Positions 27,536 through 36,202 of a stretch of DNA of 64,000 nt are shown piece by piece. The DNA lies in contig JAGOPD010000002.1 of NCBI GenBank assembly GCA_017992175.1, positions 46,149 to 110,148 of the forward strand, read 5' to 3'. Positions within the stretch are counted from its first letter, which is position 1, and the number at the start of each line of letters is the position of its first letter. The position numbers and the translations under genes were made by a program. Origin of the DNA: Candidatus Saccharicenans sp. Its GTDB lineage: Bacteria > Acidobacteriota > Aminicenantia > Aminicenantales > Saccharicenantaceae. A model generated the notes under the pieces. It worked only from the letters and a program-made list of their open reading frames with translations. It did no database searches and had not been told where the DNA came from.

Positions 27536-28672
27536 ATGAGAAGAAAATCTGGCCTGATTTTGATGGCAGTAGGCAGCCTGGCTGGTCTGCTGGCTCTGCT
27601 TAGAGCTGACACTTTATACCGGGTGGATGAACCGGCTATTTCACCGCAGCTAAGATACTACCTGTGTTACCGGACACCTCAGCCATTGAGCATAGACGGC
27701 CGGCTGGAGGAGCAAGCCTGGAAGAAGGTTTACTGGTCGGAAGACTTTATGGATATTCAGGGGAAAAGTAAGCCAAAGCCAAGGTTTAAGACCAGGGTAA
27801 AAATCCTCTGGGACGATGATTATTTATATATCGGAGCTGAACTGGAAGAACCGCAGGTCTGGGGTACTCTAACCAGGCGGGATGCTGTTATCTATTTGGA
27901 CAATGATTTTGAAGTCTTTATTGATCCAGACGGTGATACCCATCAATATTATGAGCTGGAGATCAATGCCCTGAATACTGTCTGGGACCTGTTGCTTATC
28001 AAGCCCTACCGGGATGGTGGTCCAGCCATCCATAGCTGGGACATTCAGGGACTGAAGACGGCGGTGGCCGTTAATGGAACCCTAAACAATCCAAATGATA
28101 AAGACAAAGGCTGGACGGTTGAAATCGCCCTGCCGTGGGAAGTCCTCAAAGAAGCTGCCCCTTTTAAAAAGAAGCCGGAACCTGGCGATTTATGGCGAAT
28201 GAATTTTTCCCGGGTGGAATACCGGGTAAAAGCGGTGGAAGGGACTTACCAGAAAGAGAAAGACCCTAATTCCGGTCTGGATGTGCCCGAAGATAACTGG
28301 ACCTGGGCGCCTCAGGGGCTGATCAATATTCATTATCCTGAAATGTGGGGCTATGTTCAGTTTACCGGTACCGAAGCCGGTAAAGCCAAGGAATATTGTC
28401 AGGAAGATGAGGAAGCTCCAGTCAAATGGGCTCTGCGAAAAATATATTACCGGGAAAGAAAGTCATATGCTGAGCAGGGAAGGTGGGCCGAAAAACTGGA
28501 AGATCTTAATTTAGCCAAGGATAAGGAGTTGAAGGTTTCCGGTTATACCTACCCGCCGGTCATCCTGGCCACTCAAAATTTATTTGAGGCCAGTTATACA
28601 GGCAAAAATGGACAGCAATGGCATATCCGTCAGGATGGTTTAGTCTGGAAAACCAGCCCTGACCAGAAGTAA
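27536..28672 (+). CDS. Exported CBM9-like / DOMON-like carbohydrate-binding-fold protein
   Basis: A signal peptide is present. IDGRLEEQAWKKV...LWDDDYLYIGAELEE...DNDFEVFIDPDGDTHQYYELEINALNTVWDL is the pattern I associate with CBM9-like domains. Confidence 0.55.
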   Translation: MRRKSGLILMAVGSLAGLLALLRADTLYRVDEPAISPQLRYYLCYRTPQPLSIDGRLEEQAWKKVYWSEDFMDIQGKSKPKPRFKTRVKILWDDDYLYIGAELEEPQVWGTLTRRDAVIYLDNDFEVFIDPDGDTHQYYELEINALNTVWDLLLIKPYRDGGPAIHSWDIQGLKTAVAVNGTLNNPNDKDKGWTVEIALPWEVLKEAAPFKKKPEPGDLWRMNFSRVEYRVKAVEGTYQKEKDPNSGLDVPEDNWTWAPQGLINIHYPEMWGYVQFTGTEAGKAKEYCQEDEEAPVKWALRKIYYRERKSYAEQGRWAEKLEDLNLAKDKELKVSGYTYPPVILATQNLFEASYTGKNGQQWHIRQDGLVWKTSPDQK

Positions 28673-28683
28673 GAGAGGTTAAA

Positions 28684-29892
28684 ATGAAAAATAAATTTAA
28701 ATGTTTGGTTATTTTCTTAATGGCCATGCTGATTTCAGGGGTGGCTCTGGCCGAGCTGCCCCTGCCGGTTGCCAAGCCGGAACAAGCAGGTCTTGACTCT
28801 CATAAACTGGCCGCCTTAGAGCAGCTGATGGCCGACAGTTTAAATCATAAGGATTTTCCAGGAGCGGTCATCTTGGTCGTGCGCCAGGGAAAGATTGTCT
28901 GGAGAAAGGCCTATGGACAGAGCCAGCTCGTTCCTTCGGCTGAGCCAATGAAAATTGATATGCTTTTTGACCTGGCTTCTGTTACCAAGCCGGTAGCTAC
29001 GGCCACGGCAGTTATGATTCTGGTTGAACAGGGTAAGCTCAGGCTCTGGGATAAAGTCAGAACATACATCCCGGAGTTCACTCCATATCTTAAAGAGGGC
29101 GGTTTGCCAGGAGAAGAGGCCAGACTTTTTCACCTTCTGACTCACACCTCTGGTCTGCCGCCTTACACTGACCCTAAGGAAGTAGCGGCTAAATATGGCG
29201 ATCCATGCTCGACCGGGGATCTGGTCAAACATATTGCCGGCCTGAGAAAAGAGCTGCCACCCGGCCAGGAATTTGTTTATAGCTGTTTGAATTATATCAC
29301 CCTGGCCCAGATAGTTAAGCTCGTCTCTGGCGACAACCTGGCCGATTTTTCCAGCAAAAATATCTTTGCTCCCCTCGGGATGAAAGATACTATGTTCAAC
29401 CCTCCGGCCGAACTGAGACCCAGGTGTGTGCCCACCGAAGTAATCGACGGCCAGCCGTTGCGCGGGATAGTCCATGACCCGCTGGCTCGCCTCCAGGGAG
29501 GCATCTCAGGCAATGCCGGCTTGTTTTCGACGGCAGATGACCTGGCCATTTTTGCCCAGATGATGCTCAACAAAGGGGAGTTTAAGGGAGTCAGAATACT
29601 CAGTCCCCTGACTGTGGACAGGCTGACCGAAATCTTCCCGCTGCTGCCTTCTTCCGGCCGGGGCTTTGGCTGGGATATCAATACTGATTATTCAACTGTT
29701 CGGGGCGACCTATTTAGTTATCAATCCTATGGCCATTCCGGTTATACCGGAACTTCTATCTGGATCGATCCTGAAACTCAAACAGCTGTTATCTTTTTAA
29801 CCAACCGGGTTCATCCCGACGATAAGGGTGAAATTATTGCCGCCAGAAGCAAAGTCGCCAACATCGTCGCTGGTTCGATCATAAAAAAATAA
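28684..29892 (+). CDS. Exported serine hydrolase of the beta-lactamase fold (class C / D-aminopeptidase / family VIII esterase-like)
   Basis: A signal peptide, the SxxK motif in LASVTKPVAT, and HSGYTGT near the C-terminus. It starts 11 nt after the CBM9-like gene. Confidence 0.85.
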   Translation: MKNKFKCLVIFLMAMLISGVALAELPLPVAKPEQAGLDSHKLAALEQLMADSLNHKDFPGAVILVVRQGKIVWRKAYGQSQLVPSAEPMKIDMLFDLASVTKPVATATAVMILVEQGKLRLWDKVRTYIPEFTPYLKEGGLPGEEARLFHLLTHTSGLPPYTDPKEVAAKYGDPCSTGDLVKHIAGLRKELPPGQEFVYSCLNYITLAQIVKLVSGDNLADFSSKNIFAPLGMKDTMFNPPAELRPRCVPTEVIDGQPLRGIVHDPLARLQGGISGNAGLFSTADDLAIFAQMMLNKGEFKGVRILSPLTVDRLTEIFPLLPSSGRGFGWDINTDYSTVRGDLFSYQSYGHSGYTGTSIWIDPETQTAVIFLTNRVHPDDKGEIIAARSKVANIVAGSIIKK

Positions 29893-29970
29893 TATTTTAA
29901 AGTAATATTATTTTGAATTTATTAAGAAAACTTGCTATCCTTAGGGAAAACCGGGCTACCGGAGGGAATA

Positions 29971-30492
29971 ATGTCCTTGATGAATTTTAATTTTGAAGTG
30001 AAAATAAAATCAGCTTATGAGGCCCTGTCTCAGTCGGTTAATTTATTTCAGATTTATCTTAATGATAAAACACCGGCTTCAGCCACCGAGTATTACCGGG
30101 CTAAGAGTCTGCTCAAAGAGGGAAAACTTTTTTTTGAAGAAGCTCTAAAAGAGGCTAAAAAGCTGGTTGGACCTCTGCCGCCCTATTCCACTCCAGAATA
30201 TGAACACTGGCGGGAGGAAACGGCTAAGGATGTTAAGTTAATTCTTGGTGATAAAGTTGACTATGAAGAAATTAAAAAAATGATGCTGCTTGATTCCTGC
30301 CTGCCGAGGCTTTTTTCACCTGAGGAATTGGAAAGTTATCTGTCCAGATATTATGAAGACCAGCAGAAGGGCAAAAGAAAGCTGGAAAATTTGAAATGCC
30401 GCCTGGCCATTGCCCGGCTTGATGACCTCATCCACCAGGGTGAGGAATTACTCCTCCAGGCTCAAAAAAAACTTCAGGCTTCTCTGGTTTAA
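29971..30492 (+). CDS. Hypothetical protein, helical / coiled-coil, no signal peptide
   Basis: An ORF with GGAGGG RBS 4 nt upstream of ATG at 29971. I recognised no motif. Confidence 0.45.
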   Translation: MSLMNFNFEVKIKSAYEALSQSVNLFQIYLNDKTPASATEYYRAKSLLKEGKLFFEEALKEAKKLVGPLPPYSTPEYEHWREETAKDVKLILGDKVDYEEIKKMMLLDSCLPRLFSPEELESYLSRYYEDQQKGKRKLENLKCRLAIARLDDLIHQGEELLLQAQKKLQASLV

Positions 30493-30560
30493 AGCCAGCT
30501 ATTTATCCTGCCTGTTTTCCCGTTTTTAAGGTCAGCCAGCCGGTTTTTTTAACGTTTTCT

Positions 30561-31217
30561 TTATTCAAAGACCTTTTTAAAGACTTCAACTACCTCGAGA
30601 GCATAATCAACTTCGGTTAGAGGGATATTCTTTTTCCTGGCTATTTCAGAAAAATGGCCGTCTTTGTTGCCGTCTTTAGTCACAATCAAATAATTAACAT
30701 AGGGAGCGACAGCCTCAATCATCCGCTCATTGTCGCTGCCAGGTGCTCCTCTTTTTGACTCGCCGCCGATATGAACACCAATAGTAAAGATTTTATTGAC
30801 CTGGCAGTATTCCAGCAATTTTTTTAGCCTGGCTTCCTCGGCTTCAACTGTCAGACCAGAAGCTCCCATGCCCTTTAAACTGGCGCCGATAGCGAAAATG
30901 ACGGTCTTAAAGGGAGTGCCTTTTGGAAATTTGGCCAGGTCGGAATAGACTTCAGCATGAAAACCAGCACCTGACTGGCGGTCGCCCAGGCCAACACCTG
31001 AAGCCAGGACCTCCACTGTCGGGACATCGCAATAATCATAGCCAAGTCCTGCTTCTTCCAGAATAATATTGACCGTGGTCACATCTGGGCTCTGGCCCGC
31101 AGAAGTGGTTAGAATTGGCAATCTGGCTTTAGGCAATTCCTGGCTGCTGGCCTCCAGGCCAAAAAATAATAAAAATCCTAACGATAAGGCTAAAACAGGC
31201 AGAGTTTTAATTTTCAT
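30561..31217 (-). CDS. Exported protein of unknown function (218 aa)
   Basis: A signal peptide (MKIKTLPVLALSLGFLLFFGLEASSQE) and an alternating beta/alpha-like pattern. AAGGAGG RBS is present. It is the last gene of the peptidase operon. Confidence 0.6.
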   Translation of the reverse strand: MKIKTLPVLALSLGFLLFFGLEASSQELPKARLPILTTSAGQSPDVTTVNIILEEAGLGYDYCDVPTVEVLASGVGLGDRQSGAGFHAEVYSDLAKFPKGTPFKTVIFAIGASLKGMGASGLTVEAEEARLKKLLEYCQVNKIFTIGVHIGGESKRGAPGSDNERMIEAVAPYVNYLIVTKDGNKDGHFSEIARKKNIPLTEVDYALEVVEVFKKVFE

Positions 31218-31231
31218 GAACCTGTCCTCCT

Positions 31232-32971
31232 TTACTTTTTCCCTTCTGGCTCAAGCATAATATCAATGGCTTTGACCGCTTTCTGCCAGATATCGGGAAA
31301 TGATGGAAAACGCCGGTTGTAACTTCTTTTTTCGACATCATACTGGTAAAGATGATCATATTTCACCAGTAATTGATCCCCGAGGGCCCACCAGGCTTTA
31401 ACCACTGTCTGGGCATTGTTAAGGCAAAAGCCGGTCAGGAATCTGGCCGCTTCTTTCGGGCTTTTTTTATAAATCTCGGCAGCCTGACGGTCGAGCTCTG
31501 GAATCTGGTCAATAATAGCTTTTTCATACTTTTGCTGGGCGGCCTGAACATCTTTTATCGCCTCCGAATAGGCAACCTGAGTATGATAATCCACATAATC
31601 AAAGGCCCAGCGGGCGGAATCCCGGTTTAAGACCCAGTGGTCGCCTATCGAGAAAGACTTAGGCAGATCTGTTATCCCAGCGTAGAAAGGCATATAACAG
31701 GCTGTATCCTGGGCACCAAACGAAATCCAGACCAGACCCCCGACCGCATTGGGCAGCCAGCCCCGGCTCTGAGTAACGGTGGTATACTCCGCCCGGCTGT
31801 CACCGATGGTTCTGGTTTGGCGGTAATAATTGGGGTTTTTAAACGGGCCACCGCGAATGCCAGTGGTCGGATCGTAAGGCGTCCCATAGCTTTTATCTCG
31901 AGTAAAATTAATGATGTCTTCGACTGAAAGTTTCCGGTCAGGCTTAACTGAAAAGGGAAGATCCATATTCGGGGTAGAGGGAGAAAACTTAAGGGAAGGA
32001 GCCACTAAGTCAAAAAACCTCCACAAGCGCTGATATCTTCCCTGGGAGCTCTGAGCACTTTCATTAATCGGTGAATAAGCTCTTTTCCAGTTAAAAGGCC
32101 GACCGCTCTTCGGATCATAGAGGCCATTTTCAACCGCACAGGAAATTACATTGGGAGAAGCCATAAAATAATCAGGCCGGTTAAGCTCAATTTCGCCGAT
32201 TCTTGATTCATTCGGGCAAACGCTAACTTCGTCATCGGGCACTCTCTGGGCACACCAGACTGCTCCCGGCTTGCCGCTTTTGGGCGTCCACAGTGGACCG
32301 ACCGGCATGATTTCAAAGATCCAGACTTCATTCGGGTCAGCTATGGCCAGCATTTCGCCGCTATCATGAAAGCCATAGCCATATTTTTCAGCCAGTTCAC
32401 CCATAATCTTAATAGCTTCCCGGGCAGTGGTGGCTCTTTCCATGGCAATAATGGTCAGCATGGTAATGTCAAAGGCCGGAGTAGGTGTCTGATTTTCCAG
32501 TTTTCGGACCGTCCCGATAGTAGATTCTCCGATTGCCACCTGATTTTCATTCAGGTAGCCAAACATCCCGTGGTGATAGGCATAAGTATGAGGAACCTCA
32601 GGGATTTCCAGGCCGGTAAAATCTTTTTTATAAAGATCCCATTTTAAACCTTCAACTGGGGGCCAGGTCTTAAATTGAGAAATGTGATAAATTTTCCTTT
32701 TCTCTCCGGCTTTATGATCAGCTGCCGGAATGTGTCTCCAGGTCCAGTCGCACAAGCCGCAGTCGCAGGTATGCGTGGTCATGGTCGAACCATCGGTTGA
32801 AGCCAGCTTGCCAACCAGAATCGAAGTGCAATTATCCTGAGGCAGAATCAGCTCAAAACCGGTCTGGCTCTTTTCCGCCCGGGCGGCCAGCAGGAAGGCG
32901 ACTAATCCGGTTAGCAAAACAGGAACAAGCAATAATAGAAACCACTTGCCTTTTTTGGTTCTTAAATTCAT
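31232..32971 (-). CDS. Exported C69-family (Ntn cysteine) peptidase, tandem paralogue 1
   Basis: The leader is followed by QDNCTSILVGKLASTDGSTMTTHTCDCGLCDW. I moved the start to ATG at 32971, 8 nt after GGAGG, which gives a clean signal peptide. Confidence 0.85.
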   Translation of the reverse strand: MNLRTKKGKWFLLLLVPVLLTGLVAFLLAARAEKSQTGFELILPQDNCTSILVGKLASTDGSTMTTHTCDCGLCDWTWRHIPAADHKAGEKRKIYHISQFKTWPPVEGLKWDLYKKDFTGLEIPEVPHTYAYHHGMFGYLNENQVAIGESTIGTVRKLENQTPTPAFDITMLTIIAMERATTAREAIKIMGELAEKYGYGFHDSGEMLAIADPNEVWIFEIMPVGPLWTPKSGKPGAVWCAQRVPDDEVSVCPNESRIGEIELNRPDYFMASPNVISCAVENGLYDPKSGRPFNWKRAYSPINESAQSSQGRYQRLWRFFDLVAPSLKFSPSTPNMDLPFSVKPDRKLSVEDIINFTRDKSYGTPYDPTTGIRGGPFKNPNYYRQTRTIGDSRAEYTTVTQSRGWLPNAVGGLVWISFGAQDTACYMPFYAGITDLPKSFSIGDHWVLNRDSARWAFDYVDYHTQVAYSEAIKDVQAAQQKYEKAIIDQIPELDRQAAEIYKKSPKEAARFLTGFCLNNAQTVVKAWWALGDQLLVKYDHLYQYDVEKRSYNRRFPSFPDIWQKAVKAIDIMLEPEGKK

Positions 32972-33031
32972 CTTACTTACCTCCGTCATCTTTGGGGATT
33001 CGTTATTATTCAATATCAGCCATTTCCGTAT

Positions 33032-34735
33032 TTATTCCAGAAGGGCATCAATGGCTCTGACCGCCTTTTTCCAGATATCCGGGAATTCCATCGGTTTCCT
33101 TTCCACGGTCCGGCGGTCAGTATTATAGTAACCAAAATGGTTGAATTTAACCAGAAGCTCGTCTCCTAACTGCCACCAGGCTTTTACCACCTGATCAGCA
33201 TTATTCAGACAAAAAGCCGTCAGGAAATCAGCCGCCTTAGCGGGATTCTTTTTATACAGGTCGAGTGCCTTTATGTCTATATCTGGAATTTGATTTAAGG
33301 CTCCATCTTCCCAGATGGCCTGGGCTTTCTTGATTTCTTCCAGGGCCGGGGCATAGGAGACCTGAGCATGAAAATCAACATAATCAAAGGCCCAGCGGGC
33401 GGAGTCGCGGTTAAGAACAAAATGGTCTCCGATTCTGAACGAACCAGGCAGGGCCTTAACACCGGCATAAAAGGGCATAAAACAAGATGTATCCTGAGCT
33501 CCCCAGGCTAACCAGACGATGCCTCCGATGGGGGCCGGCAACGAGCTCCGGCACTGAGTAATAGTCGTATATTCGGCCTGCTTTACACTTATCAAACGGG
33601 CCGAGCTGTCATAGTTTGGATTTCTATAAGGGCCGCCTCTTATTCCCCGGGTCGGATCAAAAAAAGTGCCATAGCCTTTATCACGGCAAATATTCATGAC
33701 ATCCTTAACCGACAGCTGACGGTCAGGCTTAACCGAGAAAGGAAAGTCCATATTGGCCAGAGAGGGGCTGAATTTGGCGGAAGGAGCGACCAGGTCAAAA
33801 AAACGCCACATTCTGGACCGCCGCCAGTTGGAGGCGGCACTGCCTTCAGCCGGCGAATAAGCTTTTTTCCAGTTGAACGGCTGACCGCTTTTTGGGTCCC
33901 ACAGGCCGCTTTCCTCAGCATAAGAAAAAACATTAGAGGAGGCCAGGAAAAAATCAGGTTGATTTAAATCTATCTCGCCGATTCGCGATTCATTCGGGCA
34001 AACACTGACCTCATCGTCGGGGACTCTCTGAGCACACCAGACTGCTCCCGGCTTGCCGGTTTTAGGATTCCAGAGAGGCCCGACCGGCATGATTTCAAAC
34101 ACCCAGACTTCTTCAGGATCGGCTACGGCCAGCATTTCACCGCCATCCTCGCCACCATAGCCATATTTTTCGGCCAGGGAACCCATCAATCCTATGGCCT
34201 CTCTGGCTGTCCGGCATCTTTCCATAGCTAACAGGGTCAGCATGGTCAGGTTCAGGGCAGGAGTCGGTGTCGGGTTAGACATTTTAGGCCGGTTGCCGAT
34301 AGTAGATTCGCCAATGGCCAGTTGCTGATCATTCAGGTAGCCGAAGACCCCATGAAGATAACCAAAAGTGTGGGCAACCTCCGGTATTTCCACTCCGGTA
34401 AAGTCTTTTTTTATTAAATCCCATTTGAGACCCTGGCTGGGCGGCCAGGTTCTAATCTGAGAAATCCGGTACAATTTCCTCATCTCACCGGGTTTATGAT
34501 CAGCCGGCGGCACATAGCGCCAGGTCCAGTCACACATCCCGCAATCGGCCGTGTGAGTGGTCAGGGTAGAGCCATCCACCGAGGCCTTCTTGCCCACCAT
34601 AATTACGGTACAGTTATCTTGAGGGATAAGATAATTATCAGACGGACCGGCTGATCCTTGATGGCTTACCGAAAAGAACATCGCCAAAGAAAAAATCAGT
34701 CCAGTTAATCCAGCCCAGAACCATATTTTTTTCAT
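33032..34735 (-). CDS. Exported C69-family (Ntn cysteine) peptidase, tandem paralogue 2
   Basis: QDNCTVIMVGKKASVDGSTLTTHTADCGMCDW. The protein is colinear with paralogue 1 over its whole length. I moved the start to ATG at 34735 (MKKIWFWAGL... signal peptide), downstream of AAGGAG. Confidence 0.85.
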   Translation of the reverse strand: MKKIWFWAGLTGLIFSLAMFFSVSHQGSAGPSDNYLIPQDNCTVIMVGKKASVDGSTLTTHTADCGMCDWTWRYVPPADHKPGEMRKLYRISQIRTWPPSQGLKWDLIKKDFTGVEIPEVAHTFGYLHGVFGYLNDQQLAIGESTIGNRPKMSNPTPTPALNLTMLTLLAMERCRTAREAIGLMGSLAEKYGYGGEDGGEMLAVADPEEVWVFEIMPVGPLWNPKTGKPGAVWCAQRVPDDEVSVCPNESRIGEIDLNQPDFFLASSNVFSYAEESGLWDPKSGQPFNWKKAYSPAEGSAASNWRRSRMWRFFDLVAPSAKFSPSLANMDFPFSVKPDRQLSVKDVMNICRDKGYGTFFDPTRGIRGGPYRNPNYDSSARLISVKQAEYTTITQCRSSLPAPIGGIVWLAWGAQDTSCFMPFYAGVKALPGSFRIGDHFVLNRDSARWAFDYVDFHAQVSYAPALEEIKKAQAIWEDGALNQIPDIDIKALDLYKKNPAKAADFLTAFCLNNADQVVKAWWQLGDELLVKFNHFGYYNTDRRTVERKPMEFPDIWKKAVRAIDALLE

Positions 34736-34852
34736 TAAAGCCAGACTCCTTTTGGAAACGGTTTTATTCTCTAAATGGAGGTGAATCATATTCTGATATT
34801 TACTGCTCTTAAATCTCACTCCAGACCTGATTGTTTACCTTTCTCTGCTTGT

Positions 34853-36019
34853 TCAGTCAATGATTATCTTGTCCTGATCTAAAGTGGCCGGGTTGTGGAA
34901 ATAATAACCAACACCATTTTCCAGAACCTGGCGGTAACGCGGTATATTCTTGATAATAATAGCCCGCTCGGGTGACTTTTTAGAAAATTGCCTGATAATC
35001 TCCAGGCTGACCGATAGATGTTGGCCGATACGTTTCTCGAGGGGCCAGCCAGACTGATCATAGGGCACAAAGAGCTTCTTCTTTTTAGCCAGGCTTAATA
35101 GAAATTCATCCTGGCCAGTTAGAAACAGGGCTTCAGTCTTTGGCCCGGTCGGCTGGTCAAGGAAGGGCATAGGAGCCTCCAGCAAAAAGGGCAGGGTCTC
35201 AGAATAGTCGCCAATTTCCCGGTGAGACAGGCCCCGGAATTTTACCGGTGAAGGCTCAACATGATTTTCAAACCCTTCCATTGATTTGACTGTCAGGGAA
35301 GCCAGGGTAGCCAGCCTGATAGAATTTTCCGGGGCAACAATGCAATTGGTAACAGGAAACATTGTTTCGGCCCCATGGAGGTCAATAGCCAGATCAACTT
35401 TATTCTGACGAAGGAGTTCCATGGCAGCATAGGTGACCTGTTCCATAGGCAGGCCATTTTTCCGGCCCGGCCAGGTCCGGTTAGTGTTTCTGATATCCAG
35501 GTTGGAAAGCAGCTGTTTTTCCGGGTAGTGGATATAGACGTCAGGGTCTGGCCACTGATCAAGGGGAGAAGCGTCGCGGTTTCCCATCCGGATGGTTTTT
35601 TTACCCCAGGAAGTAGGCACCGAAAAATAGAGCGGATAACCTTCTCCCGGGCGGGTATTCAAGCTGCCACTGTGATTGAAAAAGGGAATTAAATACAGTG
35701 TGCCCTTTTCAACTACCGCCTTTTCAATCATGATCAGGACTGAGAGCAAGCCTTCCGGCTCGTTAGAATGAGTATTGCCCATAATCAAGGCCTGGCCGCC
35801 TGGCTCTTTTCCCCTCAGAACATAGACATTGGTATCAGCCTGGCTGCCTTTAATGGCCGGAAAGAAATCACTGAGCTTTTGAACCTGGCTGACGCCCGGC
35901 CCCAGAACCACCTTAATCTGAAAGTGACGATGGTGCCAGAGAGGGAGGCCGCCGCTGATAATCAAAAGGATAAAAACTACCGCCGCCACTAATTTAAATT
36001 TAAATAAACCAGTTTTCAT
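34853..36019 (-). CDS. Membrane-anchored M14-like zinc hydrolase (succinylglutamate desuccinylase/aspartoacylase-type fold)
   Basis: An N-terminal TM segment. GNTHSNEPEG supplies an HxxE zinc motif, and DLHGAE supplies a second His. Confidence 0.6.
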   Translation of the reverse strand: MKTGLFKFKLVAAVVFILLIISGGLPLWHHRHFQIKVVLGPGVSQVQKLSDFFPAIKGSQADTNVYVLRGKEPGGQALIMGNTHSNEPEGLLSVLIMIEKAVVEKGTLYLIPFFNHSGSLNTRPGEGYPLYFSVPTSWGKKTIRMGNRDASPLDQWPDPDVYIHYPEKQLLSNLDIRNTNRTWPGRKNGLPMEQVTYAAMELLRQNKVDLAIDLHGAETMFPVTNCIVAPENSIRLATLASLTVKSMEGFENHVEPSPVKFRGLSHREIGDYSETLPFLLEAPMPFLDQPTGPKTEALFLTGQDEFLLSLAKKKKLFVPYDQSGWPLEKRIGQHLSVSLEIIRQFSKKSPERAIIIKNIPRYRQVLENGVGYYFHNPATLDQDKIIID

Positions 36020-36029
36020 GATTTACCTT

Positions 36030-36191
36030 TCATTTAAAGCGGAGCAGGCGAGCTATAAAGGGGACCAGAGTAATCAGGTAAAGCACAACTTTGTCCCGGC
36101 TGGTCTTTTCTTCTATCAAATTTTTGATGGTTATTATGGTAAAAAACAGACACAGGAGGTAATAAAAAATCATGATAATTTTAGCTATCAT
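36030..36191 (-). CDS. Unannotated 53-aa two-helix membrane ORF between the permease and the M14-like gene
   Basis: MIAKIIMIFYYLLCLFFTIITIKNLIEEKTSRDKVVLYLITLVPFIARLLRFK. It fills the gap exactly, starting 11 nt after the permease stop and ending 10 nt before the next start. The RBS is weak (GGGAAA). It falls below the track's length cutoff. Confidence 0.35.
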   Translation of the reverse strand: MIAKIIMIFYYLLCLFFTIITIKNLIEEKTSRDKVVLYLITLVPFIARLLRFK

Positions 36192-36202
36192 TCCAATTTC
36201 CC

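Larger units (their letters stand above)
31232..34735 (-). repeat. Tandem gene duplication (two ~1.7-kb C69 peptidase paralogues)
   Basis: By eye the two proteins are roughly two-thirds identical. Long identical peptide runs include PGAVWCAQRVPDDEVSVCPNESRIGEI and VLNRDSARWAFDYVD. Nucleotide similarity is visible, for example around 31600 versus 33390. Confidence 0.75.

Noticed and set aside
30493-30560. I considered a possible bidirectional terminator in the convergent gap containing GCCAGCCGGTTTTTTT.
   Set aside because: The T-run is not preceded by a convincing inverted repeat. The AGCCAGC/CAGCCAGCC strings are direct repeats, not inverted ones.
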